A program made the translations under genes and the position numbers. A DNA stretch of 64,000 nt from Adineta vaga (Eukaryota; Animalia; Rotifera): contig CP075497.1 in the NCBI GenBank assembly GCA_021613535.1, forward strand, positions 13,206,001 through 13,270,000, in the 5' to 3' direction. Shown piece after piece: positions 26,310-39,577 of this stretch (position 1 is its first letter; the number at the start of each line of letters is the position of its first letter). The notes below the pieces were generated by a model. That model saw only the letters and a program-made list of their open reading frames with translations, was not told the DNA's origin and searched no databases.

Positions 26310-26950
26310 TCGTAAGATCTTACGAACAAAGGAGAACGTTGTATCATTATGACGTGCACATGATTCGGTGGTTAGCCGTATCGGCTACATACAATGTGCC
26401 CAGCCGATCAATGAGAATGCCGTATGGATTCTATAGTTGATTTATTCCACTTCCTCGGTCAATGCCGCCAGCTATTAGTGTACTTGATGTGGCATTCATC
26501 GACAACTTCATCACTCTATCATCCAGATAATGTGTCCAATAGATAGATCCATTGCTGTCAATTACAATGCTACTCACTAAATAATACGAAACTGATCAGT
26601 GAAAAGATGGCCAGAAGCATACTATATCACTAACTATCTTTATTGTCGGCGACAACAAGCGTTCCACTTGCTCCATCCTTGGAATATTTGAAAAGACCAT
26701 TGTCGTTATCTAAGACGTAAATGCATTCTTGTTTTGTGTCAAAGGCAATGCCACTAAGTATTCCTGTGGAAGCAATGATAGTTTCTCCTACGGTAGCTCC
26801 TTTTGTTCAACGTGTCACGCGTTTATTGTCAGTGACATAGAAAGTTTCGTTGTCGTCAACAATTAAACCGCGAGAAAAACCAGGTCGAGCTAATATACAA
26901 CCAAATTTCGCACCTACCTGCCATTGCATTATAGTTTAGTCCTGCCACCA
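26310..26950 (-). pseudogene. NHL-repeat gene remnant
   Basis: Minus-strand fragments such as IDRLGTLYVADTANHRIM, interrupted by stops and frameshifts. Confidence 0.6.
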
Positions 26951-27739
26951 TCGTGCCTTCTCGAGACCAGATCGCAGTAGAACAAGGTGTAACTAAAATT
27001 AATTGAATTAATTATATATTACATTCGTCCGATATCTATAGAAAATTATTTCTTATCTAATGAATCGAAGCGAAATCTTTTGAACCATCTGTGGTACTGA
27101 AAAATTTTATAATATATATATATCAAATTTTAAATGCTCAACTGTTTGAGAGGATGGCTCCACATTTTATACTCATCCTCATTCCATCTCTCATGGAGCA
27201 CTATACCATTGAACTGGAAAAGATAGAACTGTAGGAAATAAGTCTATCGTCGTTCTGTTAATGCTGGCAAACTACCAACTTTTTATGTAGAAGATACTAT
27301 GTTCAATCTTTCTGCCAAGACAGATCTAAAATTGTTGTAATTCACTTTGATTAACTTATTTCAGTAAACTTTGATAGTCCTAGTAGTGGATTTTCACAGA
27401 GGAAAGTGAATGAGATCCGCACAGACAATCATATCACCCAAAAAACAATTTTTCTGCTAAATATCTATTCTTATGATTCAAATATCTATGTTTAATAGGA
27501 CTTATTCATTTCTAAATATTTTCAATGGCTGTTTTCAAACGACTTCATTATTAGCATCAAGATTACAATGTTTTTAAAATATTTTATGTATATATTACAA
27601 ATGAATAAATATTTAAATTCAATAAAAATTTAAAATTTTTCTGTTCTTAATTCAAATCTTAATTTAATTAATGAAAAAATTGGTGGTACTGTTTATAAAT
27701 TAATGATTGATAAAAATTATTGAAAATAGAATTCATAAT

Positions 27740-28482
27740 CATATTTTATTACAATTAATCAAATGTATATTGAGTTGTAATACAGAACATCAAATTATTC
27801 ATCGATTACATCATATATAAAAACTGTGTTCATATTGATAAATCAAGATTATCTACATATGAACAATTATTTAATAAATCTTATGATTATTTACGATGTT
27901 CTTGTTCATAAATCTCATTAAAACATCGAGAATTTGTTAATATAAAAACGCGTTTTCATGAAATTTGTTCAATGGATTTCATATCTGATAAATGGATTTT
28001 CTATTTGCATGAAATTATGTATCCTCTTCATCAAAATTTTGAAATTGATTATATTATCATTCAGCGTCTCTTTGTCGTTTATCTCAAGAAACAGTTCAAA
28101 ATGTACAAATTCAATTCAATTTAAATGATTTTATTAATAATGAATTCGTATTATCCGATATTTATTAAACTAACGTATTGAACAAACTATGATTAATTTT
28201 CAAAAAAACAATACGAAAATTATTTCTAAATACATTTTCATTAATTCGAGAAACAATTGGAATAGTTTATTTAATGATTGGTATTTAACTATATCAATGA
28301 GTATTAGTCCTATTAGACGTATTCGTGCTAAATCATATTCTTATAACCGATGTAGTTGTGGAATATCATATGAAAATTATTTCAATACTTGTGCATCACT
28401 AATATTTACTTATTCTTATACAGTCAAATATAATATCATTGAAGGTATAACAATATTAATTCAGCTTTATACTCTTTTGTGA
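27740..28482 (+). pseudogene. Degenerate fragment of a Cys-containing extracellular/membrane protein
   Basis: Frameshifted coding-like pieces (YLRCSCS, RFHEICSMDFISDKW, RCSCGIS, YNIIEG), truncated next to the repeat at about 28540. Confidence 0.35.
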
Positions 28483-28552
28483 AACACGATCTGAAAGAGA
28501 GTGTTGAAGTGTTTATAGGCAGAAATTTGCACGCATCTCCCCGCCCCCCCCC

Positions 28553-28883
28553 CACAGACCGTGACAGAAAACACTAAAAAATGGCACCACAGACCGTGAC
28601 AGGCTCGTCAAAATCCTTTCGCAGACCGCGATAGACCGGGTTCATAGACCGTGACATTTGGTTTTCAGGAGATCACAGACATGACAGACACAATTCACAA
28701 AAAAAAATCAGAAACCGTTACAGACGTGCTAATGTGGGACCACAGACCGTTAGAGACTGGCAAAAATGGCATCACAGACCGTTATCGACTCGCAAAAGTT
28801 CGCTCACAGATAGTGACAGAACGACCAAAATAGCATAACAGACCATGGCAGAATAGCCAAAATAGAATCACAGACCGTAATAA
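28553..28883 (+). repeat. Array of 11 CACAGACCGTGACAG-like motifs with variable spacers, about 32 bp period
   Basis: Unit starts 28553, 28588, 28620, 28643, 28674, 28709, 28741, 28773, 28805, 28837, 28869; preceded by a poly-C tract. Confidence 0.85.
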
Positions 28884-30820
28884 ATACACGTTAACATCAG
28901 ATCATAAGCCTCAGCCATACCAAATCAAAACAGATGAGAACGTGTGCTAGTAATTTGCCACTTCCTTCGTTGCCTCCTTCCCACCCTCCCTCTCTCCGTG
29001 CTTTTTTATACTAAATTTAAAGAGAAAAACCGTTGAATCGTCTATTGAAGACTTCGATAGGCTTTTATCAGAAATCATAGCAGATATTGAATTTATAAGG
29101 TGTTCAGCATAATCGTGTTTCACACTTTTAATCCCGTTAGGGATTGCGCTGAAAGCTTTTTATTTATTATTTGTCAATTATTATCAATATTTATTGTTAA
29201 ACTTATGTTATATTTTAAATATAAACAAAGAATTCATTCAATAACTGATTAATATTTTATCCTTGAAATCACTATGCTAATTCTTAGGAATACACATGAG
29301 AATGATATTGAATAAATTAAATCACTCATGAATATTTTCTTTGATAACAAATAAAATTACTTTGTTCATTTTCAGACTACGCTAATATCTGAATATAATT
29401 CTTGTCGAAAAAACTGTATCACTTCAAAGGGAAAAACGCCATTTTTGCACTTCTTAATAACATAAGTATATTTTCAATATTTGATTATTCATTTCAGTAT
29501 GTTTTATTGTTAGACTTATATTGTATTCGATCTATTAATCCTGTGAAAACACAATACACAAAGCTAGATATCGATAAAGCATTCTTAAGTGTATTCAAAC
29601 TTAATGTCGAAGATATGATATTTCCTTGTAAACGAACAAAAAAATTCTTTTTTAATAGAATAATAGAGCAAATAAAGCACTTTTTTCTCATACTATTCCA
29701 TCACTATCTACTAAAAGGATCATAGTAATAAAATTTCGAGCAGAAGTATTATTAAATGAAACTTAATTTTGGTACTATGTGTTATTATCGTCCATTCCTA
29801 TAAAACTTTTGATTTTTTTCTGTTTTTCTTTTTTTCCTCATATTATATGGAATTTGATCGTATATTCTTATTAAAATATACAAAAAGATTGTTGACCAAA
29901 TATAAGTGAGATAAAAGCAAATTCAACAAAACTTTATTACATCATATATTGGAAATAATGACCTTTATCATTTACACACAACTCGAGATTCTCTTAATCA
30001 TTTATTTCTCTCTATTCATAGAGTACATAAACTCCGTAGTTATGACGAAAATTGCGCTGATATCTGAATAGGAATATTTGTTTCATATAAAATATAAAAG
30101 CAATACTTCTTTTCTTTCGCGGATTTTTCCTATATGAGAAAAAGAGGAAAGCTAAAATTGTGCTTAGATAGTTTTTTTTGTTTCATTTACCTTGAATACA
30201 TTAGTTAATTTAAATGTAATATGATATGTTTTTCTGCACAGAGAAAACAAACAGTATTGATGTCTGCATATAAAACTAAATTTTAATGTTAATCTCTGTT
30301 TGCATACTAAAAAGCATGAATTAATATTTAGTTTTCTATTAACCGATTTTTATCTCATAATATTTTCACATCTATAATAAAAAAGAACACTATCAATTGA
30401 TCAATCTATTTATCTCATTCTAGCAACAATAGTGGAGAGTAAATTATATTTTTACATGTAATTACACTACAATTTTGACTATTAATCATCAAGAATCATC
30501 ACAGTAAAATGGTATGATTATACATGTTTTGCTCATTTTCTATCGATTTTGTTTTTAAATTTTAGTTTGTTCTATTCAACCAAAATCGCTTAATTTCGAT
30601 AACCTTATTTGTACATTTCTCTTGTACATCTTCTGGTAAGATATTGTACTGATACAAAAAAACGAAGAAATAAGAATTTAATATTCATCTGACATAACTG
30701 AGTCAAATGCTCGGAAACAAAATACATTTAAAAAAAGATCTATAGATTAATATACATCTGAATTTAATACCAGAGAGCAAAGACAATGAGTATTCTCGCT
30801 AATTATGAATAGATCTCTAA

Positions 30821-33779
30821 CAAGAGAAGGTGCCCAGGTGTGTCCCTGGAATTTCAATGAAAATAGTGTGGGTTTGTTAAGTCAAGTATACCTATCTCAG
30901 GCATGAAACAATTAGCGGCTACGGCTGCTGTAATAAAAAATTATAGCCAAAACATTTTTCAAGAAATTGGCACATATACTTCGCTATATAGGTTTTTCTT
31001 TTAAGAATATTTTAAAGTTCTAGTGTGTTTTCGCGCTAGGTATTATATACCCCGTTCGATTTGTATGTTCTGTAGTTAAATCGTATGAAGAGACGAAGTG
31101 GAAGATGGAAAAAGTCGGTAATTTTATTCAGAAAAAAACGCGAGTATTTATAGGTGGAATGGATAAAGAGAAGAATTCATTGAGATGTTTCTTCTCTTCA
31201 TTTAGCTCATGAAGAAAGATTGACAATGGGTCAAGTTCCGTAAAAGGTCACACAGGAACATAAGTACCTGCTCTAGGAAAGAGAAGCAAGATATGTACGA
31301 GAGAGAAAGAAAGAGATATAAGAATGAGGAACGACATATACGGCAGAACAGAAAGAAATTTTGAGAGGGAAAGATATAACTATGCATGTAAGCGTGTAGC
31401 ACGACGAGAGAAGATGATTGATGAGTGATGATTTATTGCAAAGAAATCAGAACTGTAAATACCAGGATGAATAAAGGGACAGAGATGACGAAATCCAACA
31501 AAGAAAAGATGATGAAATGAGAAAGACAAAGAGATAGATGATGAAATGTAGAACATCCGTCATCATATGTTAACGAACAGATAACGGATGTACATATATG
31601 TGACGTATATGAAGAACAGAAAAAACATATATGAAAAACGAGAGGATGACATATGTTATCCTCTAACAATGCAACATTTGTGTTTTTACTATATCACTCT
31701 ACATCTCGTATACTAACTATATATATTCTGTATCTATGTATGTTTATACTTTTTTCTCCAGGTCTCTGTAATCACTATTTCTTTGTTTTCCTGATATCCA
31801 TCGCTTCTGTATTTATATATTCGTTCGTCCTTTCGACCTATAAATGGGCCGCTTTTGGTTTAAATAAAGCATGCGATAACCTTCACGATCTCTAACGTGA
31901 TACACTACCGTGTTTCCAACGCAAATATGATTAATGTTAACAATATTCTTTACATGTTTAACAATCTGGTGCGTCAAAAGTATCCAGAACTCGCTCAAAG
32001 TGAACCATCATCTAAAGATCATGAGTTGGCGGACCAGCTGTTTCTGTTGTTTAATCAACTATTAAATTCACCAGAACTCCCAGTCGACCATATTGTAACA
32101 TTGGACTTTGATGAATATGACGATTGCAGTGCTGATTATCAAGAAGAAGATAAAAATGATGTTGCTTCAAACGTCGATGGTATTAGATATTCTTATGATA
32201 CAATGTGTGCCATTGTAGAATATTCAAAAAACCATACTTTTAATTCAATACGTAGACGATATAAACAAATAAAATATAAAGAACAATTACGCCGCATCAA
32301 GCAATACGTTAATGTTCAAGGTACAACAACACAAAAACTACAACGTGTCGATGACTTTGTTTATGCAGAATTTATTCGTTTGCGACAATGTTGTCTACCA
32401 ATACACGATTCAGATTTAAGGCGCTTGGCTATAAAACAAAAGCACATGATTTAAATATCGTTGGTTTTACGGCATCTCATCATTGGATATTTAACTTTAA
32501 ACATCGCCATCACATTTCATCAAGAAAAGTAACAAAGCTGGTAACCAAAAATCATTTGGAAGATCGAGATAAAATATTGAAATCCGCCGAAAATTTTGTC
32601 CAAACAGTAAGAAATACCATTTCGGATTATGCTGAAGATCATATATTGAATAGCGATCAAAGCAGTTTCAAGTACGTTGTTTACGAATGGAAGGAAACTA
32701 AATAGAAAATAGCGCTTTTGATCTTTCAGTTATGATAATCCATCAACACGGACGCTAGCAACAATCGGTGAAAAAATAATAAGAGGCCGCGTCAAGTCAA
32801 TCAATGCTGTTACTCATTCATACACAATTATGCTGATCATTAGTATGGCTGGAGAATTAATTGATCCGGTTTTTATATGTTTACAAGAGCCTACAGGAAA
32901 ACTTGGACCGCGTATTAAACTATCAAGCGAGTAATATTCATGTCTCCTGCAGTAAGAGCGGAAAACTGAGTAAAACACATATTCAGTACTGGGCTGAAAA
33001 TGTTCTAAATCCATCGGTTTCTGAAGATTGTTTACTGCTGCTGGACTCCTGGTCAGGTCAGACTGATTCCAGCATTTATGATGATATTTTCGTTGAAAAT
33101 ATCACTTGTAAGCAAATGCAAATTCCATCAAAAACAACCGGTGATATTCAACCGTTGGATCGTTATTTTTTTGGACAATGGAAATATTTCAAAGAAAAAA
33201 ATTCATGATCGCGTGGCCATTGATCAAATAAGCATAGACATCTGTTCTAGAAACTGCATTTTAAAAATGCATTCTTTGATACATAACCAACTATCAGCTA
33301 AAACATTCTCACCTTTGATCAAATATTCTTGGTATTCGAGTGGCTATACGTCAAAAGATCCTGGTCATTTTGATAGTGTCCATGATGTGTGTTTTTCTTT
33401 CGATGAAGATTTCTGTTCTATGGTAGCATGCGATGACTACTCTTTCATTTGCTGCAGCCATTGCCATCGTATTCTTTGCTTCAACCACTTTTTTGTAAAT
33501 GATCATAAACATTAATAAAAGACTTAGAACTACTGATACTTTATAAAAACGGCACGCAACTCAACTGTAACCATTCTGATTGAAGAAAAAATCCTTACGA
33601 AAAAAAACCTGTATAGCGAAGTATGTGTGTCAATTTCTTGGAAAATGTTTTGGCTATAATTTTTTATTGCAGCAGCCGTAGCCGCTAATTGTTTCATACC
33701 TGAGATAGGTATACTTGACTTAACAAACCCGCATTGTTTTCATTGAAATCCCCGGGACACACCTGGGGACCTTCCCTTG
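30821..33779 (+). mobile_element. Tc5-like (pogo/Tc1-mariner superfamily) DNA transposon, full length but defective
   Basis: About 175 bp imperfect TIRs starting CAAG(A/G)GAAGG; TAA duplication in a C-TAA-G target; internal transposase. Confidence 0.9.
31927..33515 (+). pseudogene. Frameshifted Tc5-like DDE transposase
   Basis: CENP-B-type HTH (FTASHHWIFNFKHRH), ILNSDQ, LLLDSWSGQ, IQPLD, Cys-rich C-terminus; split over four or more frames. Confidence 0.85.
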
Positions 33780-34047
33780 TAAGACATATTTGTCGTCTAA
33801 CATATAATAATCTAGAAATTCAAACGATCAATGAACGAATCACCCTATTCAGACAAAAAAACTTCGTTGTCATGGACGTGCTTGTGTGAAATGTTATTGT
33901 TGTCGTGATCAGAGGTGTGCCACGGGGCAAAATGTTCTGTTTTAGACCCGAAGCTATGAATGACATAGATCAAATGCTGAGAATGTGAGAATAGTCGTAT
34001 TCGATGCAGAATTCTCTGGCCTACACATCCATGTATTTGGGTTGCCA

Positions 34048-34175
34048 CTTTGGATGTTCAATAGAGAAGTTATAGCTGCTACGGGGCTACGGGGCAAGTC
34101 CCCGTGGGACGTCTCGGGTATAGCTGCCCCGTAGCCCCGTAGCAGCTATAACTTCTCTCTATTGAGTATCAAAAG
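34048..34175. repeat. Short near-perfect palindromic (hairpin/MITE-like) element
   Basis: AGAGAAGTTATAGCTGCTACGGGGCTACGGGGCA ... TGCCCCGTAGCCCCGTAGCAGCTATAACTTCTCT. Confidence 0.85.
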
Positions 34176-34412
34176 ATCGGATGATCAACCAAGTCTACAT
34201 CAGCATTCTCCCATTCAACATTGATCTATCTCATTATTGGTATTATGATAAATATGGTCGTAGAAAGATTTATATAAAACGTCCTGATGCTACTTGCTCT
34301 GGTTCTTATAGTGGTCTTCATTCTTATGGTCATTATGGTTCTTTTTATCTTCATTATTTTAATGGTACTCATGATTATGTATGTGAATGTGATGATAATC
34401 ATGTTTAAATTA

Positions 34413-35310
34413 TCAAATAATAAGTTTTGGGATGATTGATTTGATCGAAGCACAAATAAAAGATTTGAAAATGTTGAAGTTTTTATTGACTTTATAAAAA
34501 CTTACAAGCGTCACTGTTATATTCACCCTCACACTTATTCTTACTTTCAGTCTTTGTTGATTTCCATAAGAGAGGAGATTCTTGATCAGAATGATAAAAA
34601 TCAAATGTTGGTGTATGTAGACAAATTCTTGAATCGCCTATATAACAATAATGAATAAACCATTGATGTTCTTTTATCCAAAATGAACTTTGAAATGAAG
34701 TAAATAGTTGGTTTATATGTTCTTCAATATTTCGATTAGAAGAAATTATACATTCCATATTAAATTTAAAGGTTTTTAATTTCGAAAGTTAATTACGAAG
34801 AATTTCTTCCCATTAATAACGCTTTGAAATAATATAATTTTTAAATAACGTAAATTTGATAAATTTTTCAAGAATAAATTCATTATGGATAGTTTATGTC
34901 GATGAAATATAGAAATATCTAAACTGATTAATGTTGAAAGAGAAGGTAAAACATAATTGTGACTAACAGCAATACGAAAAATGTTGACAAGTTTTGATGA
35001 ATGTTTTAAATTAGGAGTATATGTCAGAAATTGATCAGTATGACTAAGAGAAAGATGATATCCAATTAATTGTTGTGATTGTAGAGTTAATGATACTTTT
35101 TTTGGGATATGTACTTTATCAAAATCTGAATGAGGAAGAAGTAAAGAACAATGACGAAGTGTTAATAAATTCCAAATAGTATCAATAATTAATTGATAAT
35201 CAATGCATATTTGTTGTCTTAATCTGCAATGAATAGTTAAATGTGCAAGATTTAATAAATGATAGTTTACATGATAATGGACTATAACATTCGTCTGACA
35301 TTTTTCGTCT
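34413..35310 (-). pseudogene. Degenerate F-box/LRR-type protein gene
   Basis: LRR-like LSNLRYLKI, LFTSFQSSFWIKEHQWFI, ICLHTP in different frames. Confidence 0.55.
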
Positions 35311-35853
35311 TTTGCTGAGAAAAAGAGTAGGAAGAAAATGATTTTTGGTATGTTTTTAAATAGAATATGAAAACGTGACAATTTTCAATGGAAGAGATGT
35401 ATGCGCTGATGGAACTACGCCTTTATTTATTTCTTCCTTTTGAATCACATCGTTCTGATACAAGATACACGCTTATATACTCGTCAATAGAAGAGAACGA
35501 AAGGAAATACAGTATCAAAGTACATTAGTATGTACAGAAGTAAGGACATAATTAAGATAATTCATTAGATGACAAAAATCACAGCATGTGCACAGCGCAT
35601 GTTAGAGAGATTGTCACAAAAAAGAATGGAAAAGACGGTAGATAAAGAGGATTTGCATGCAATTATGTGGAATTTTATCTTCATAAACATATTTCTCTGT
35701 GTTAGTGCACTATAAAATCAATAGTAAAAATATATCTTTAACAGATCAGTTAATACGATACTTTCTCACAGAACGTTGGTACATTAGAAAGTGAATATAT
35801 TTATTTCATTTCTCTTCTACATAAAGAAAATGTCTTCTTAATTTACATAGACG

Positions 35854-38696
35854 ATGAACAATCAAAACCATCAACAACAACAACAACAACAACAACCGCA
35901 ACAGCAGCAACAACAAGCTGTAGGTGCTGCTCAACAAGAAGATATCAATCAGAAACGATCTGATATTGGTCAAGCTACAAATGCTGCACCTGGAACAACA
36001 GCATCGTATGAAACAGTATCACATGATGAGGGTATTGGTAATAACCCCCCCCCCCATATTAGAAGCCCACTGGGCTTCTAAACTGTCTATTACTTATAAT
36101 TTTCTAAGTGGGCTTCTATTGTGGGGGGCTTCTAATACGACTTTTGTGTTAAATTTTCTAAAAAAACATAAGAAAATTGTTGTTTCAGTTATCTCGAGTT
36201 TTATTTAGAATAAGTTCAAAATTAATTACACAAAATCTTCTTAAGATAAATATAAGCACAAATAAATACTTTTATAAATTATAAGTTACAAAAAAAAAAA
36301 GAAAGTAGTTTGAAAGTAACTAGTTTACTTTACCTACTTTTTCCATAAGTCAGTTAATTTTAATTGTTTATTTTTTTCATTTAATATAATTTTATCTTGT
36401 TCTGCAGCTAATGTAGCTGCATTTTGAATTTGTTCTTCATCATCGTCTTCATTAATATTTAATGATAGACAATCGACTACAGATGGATCATACGTATAAT
36501 TTTGAAGAGTTCTATTAAAAAAAACTTAGAAATGTCTTACTTTCGAAATAAACCATTCATTATATTTGTTCATTGTTATAGTGTTAATAACACTTTCTGG
36601 AGTAAAGAACACTTTAATACCATTAGCATATTGTTTTAGTTCATTAGGCGAAATATGACCCTTTCCTTTGAATAACAACACAGGATCAACACGTTGATCT
36701 TCGCCTGAGACTGTAAGAATAACCGTGCAAAATCTCTAAATGAAGAAACGAAATAAAATAACAAATAGAATAATTTTTTACATACCTTTTCTAAAAATAT
36801 GACGTGTCTACCGCTAGCTTCTGAAACTTAACGAAGACTTGTGATTATATTTAGTTGTTCTTGGAGAAGAATATGTAGATCTGATAACGCAAACTTTAAC
36901 TAGGTCTGAAGCCTGTCAGGTCAGCGTTGTAAAGATCTACGAAAACTTCTCTGTAAGTTGTATACAAAAACTCACGACGAATGAACAAGTTAAATTTGTT
37001 GTGTATTGTAAAAAAAGAAAAGTACTCACTTTATTACTTAAACATCCTTCTACTTCATTACAAGTGTTGATATCATTAATTGAGCGTTTTGCTTGATCGC
37101 CGAATAATGCCAGTGGAGATTCATCCATGTTAAAAACGTCACGTGGAGTAAAGGCCCCCATTGGGCCACGTTTTGGAGCCCATCGACTAGCTCGTCGTAG
37201 ATAATTATAGAATGAAGTAGCTTTTTGATGAACTTCGTCGAGTGGAATTTTTTGTTGTCGTTTTGGACGTTGAAGAGAAAGTCGATGGCGAACGAGAAAA
37301 CGACCAAACCATTTTGATGATGGACATGGGTGATTTAATTCTTGGCTTATTTGTCGTCCACGACGTTGAAGATAACGAAATGTCACTTTTTCTTTACGAA
37401 TATCAGTAATAGGTGTTGTTGTTGATCCAGGAGCAGTACGTTTTTGACGATACCAGGTAAGTAAACGAGAATCAAGGTCCACATAAATTAATTTTTTACC
37501 AGCTCCATTACGACGCATGCGTTTTTTACCTGAAGAAAAAAAAATAGAGATTGTTTTACTTTTTAAATGTAATAAAAATGAACTCCTCACCTTTCTTTTG
37601 AGATGACAATTTTATTAATTCATCTTTGTTCTTGATCCACATACGAAGTTGTTTTGTAGCACATCCGATATCGTTGGCTGTTTTAGATTTGTTGTTGTTT
37701 TTTTCGAAGTAGATGATCGCATTTAATTTTTCATTTACGGTCCATTGACGTCGCTTACGTTTATTAATGGTGGTTGATGTTGACGAAGAGGTAGTATCGA
37801 CAATGCTGTTGTTATTAGAAGATGCAGCTTGATGAGATGATTGTAATAATTCTTCTTCATCACTGGATGACTCTGACGACGAATAATTAACGAGTAATGC
37901 AGGTTGAGTCGAAGAATAATTATCATCGCTATCATCGTCACTGTCCGAATTAAGTTGTAAATAATTAGTCCATTTGATTAATTCATATTCATTTTCATCG
38001 ATAATAGACATAACTTCAACGCTGGAATCATTATCGGAACTGGATTCGTCTAATAGTGAGTTTGTAATAACGGCGCTAGATGCTCTTCGATTTGATACAT
38101 AGCTAATGGATATACAATTCAAGAAAAAATATTTTAATTGAATGACATGTGAACAATGCCGTCGGAATATACTTTGTATGAATATGTCTATTCAGCCTAT
38201 TCATTCTGTGCATTTCTCTCTTTCAAAAGATTAGATTATGAAACATCTGAAGATGTGTCCGATTGATTGTTATGTATTAATTTTGTCGTTGTTAAATAAG
38301 ATCAAAGAATTGTTCTGTCATGTACATCAATGCTTGTTTGATATCTAATTTCAACATTGAATTGCTTTGACTTTACTTTACATTCATACATTCGAAGTTC
38401 GAATGTATGAATGTTCAGAAGAAAATTGATAAATTTTGAAAAAAAATTCTAAATCTCGGACTTAATACAAGCCCATGGGCTTCTAATACATCTTTCATAT
38501 TGCTCCTTCCAAAGGGGGCTTCTAATACGGGGGGGCTTCTAATATGGGGTGGGCTTCTATTATAGGGGGGGGGGGTTTACTACAGGTAAATATTAAAATC
38601 TTTAAAAGTTGTAAGCTTTGAGAAAGAAGTGAGAAACCAATATTTGTAACATTGAATTTGATATTTTTAGTCGTCCATGGTTACGAAAGGTGCTAA
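35854..38696 (+). CDS. Small Gln-rich protein (exons 35854-36031 and 38671-38696); the intron is expanded by a transposon
   Basis: MNNQNHQ(n)...ETVSHDE spliced to VVHGYERC*; removing the element restores an 85 bp GTAAAT...TTTTAG intron. Confidence 0.6.
36035..38586 (-). mobile_element. pogo/Tigger-like DNA transposon with an internally deleted transposase
   Basis: TA duplication at 36033-34 and 38587-88; imperfect TIRs with poly-C/poly-G and TAGAAGCCC subterminal repeats; HTH-psq-like RRQWTVNEKL, CENP-B HTH SSKWFGRFLVRHRLS, VFNMDESPL; no recognisable second and third catalytic Asp motifs. Confidence 0.85.
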
Positions 38697-39577
38697 AAAT
38701 CTCGGAGAAGGTGATCAATATTTTATTATCTTATCATTTATCATATTCAATACTTATTTCATTAATTTGATTTAAAAATTTGTATTCAAAATAAATACTT
38801 CATTTTATGTCGAATAAAAAGTTTCGTATTCAAAATACAATCAAATAAAGCAGATTTTTCGAGTTAAATAATCTATTTTGGAAAACAATAAATCAATCGA
38901 ATTCAGTTTTAATTAAGAATAGTAGTAAAAAAATATTTATTTGACTATCATCAGATTCAATCTTCCACGAGAAACAAATTTTTATATTGCAGTCTAAGTA
39001 TTTGAACACATCATTGAAGAGAAAATTTCTGACAAGCATATTATGTCTCTAAAGCAAAACAAATTGGGTCGTTTCAATAAATTTCTTTGAAAACATCAAA
39101 TAAAAATTGTTCACACTAGTTGTAAATAATACATTAATTGGTTCTCCTAATGTTAATTGTCTTTCGGCAGTCACACTTCAGAACATTTCATTCTCTAAAT
39201 TTTGAAGTATATCTTTCCTTTTCTAATATCGTGTAAGATAATATCATAATTTGAACAGCAGATAATGATGAAGATCAAAGTAAAAATGAATAAGAACATC
39301 ACAAGCATTTGGCATAGTATAATTCTTTTCAAATAGTTTATTTTTACTGTTTGAATGTTTTTCTTCAGGTACTTTTCTTTCTTTTACGAAATATTTCGTT
39401 TATAAACGAAACAAGTATGAATGATATTTACAGATGCATATATCAAAAAGATATTCTCAAGTAAGAAATAAACAGACAAGATAAAAGAAAACTATTTTCT
39501 CGCTCATCGTCATTTTCTTGTTATTTATTAAATATATTTCTATAATTTTAAAGGATAAGATAAATATAATTAAAGTT

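Noticed and set aside
28553-28883. CRISPR array
   Set aside because: Repeats are short and degenerate, spacers are only about 17 bp, there are no cas genes, and the context is eukaryotic
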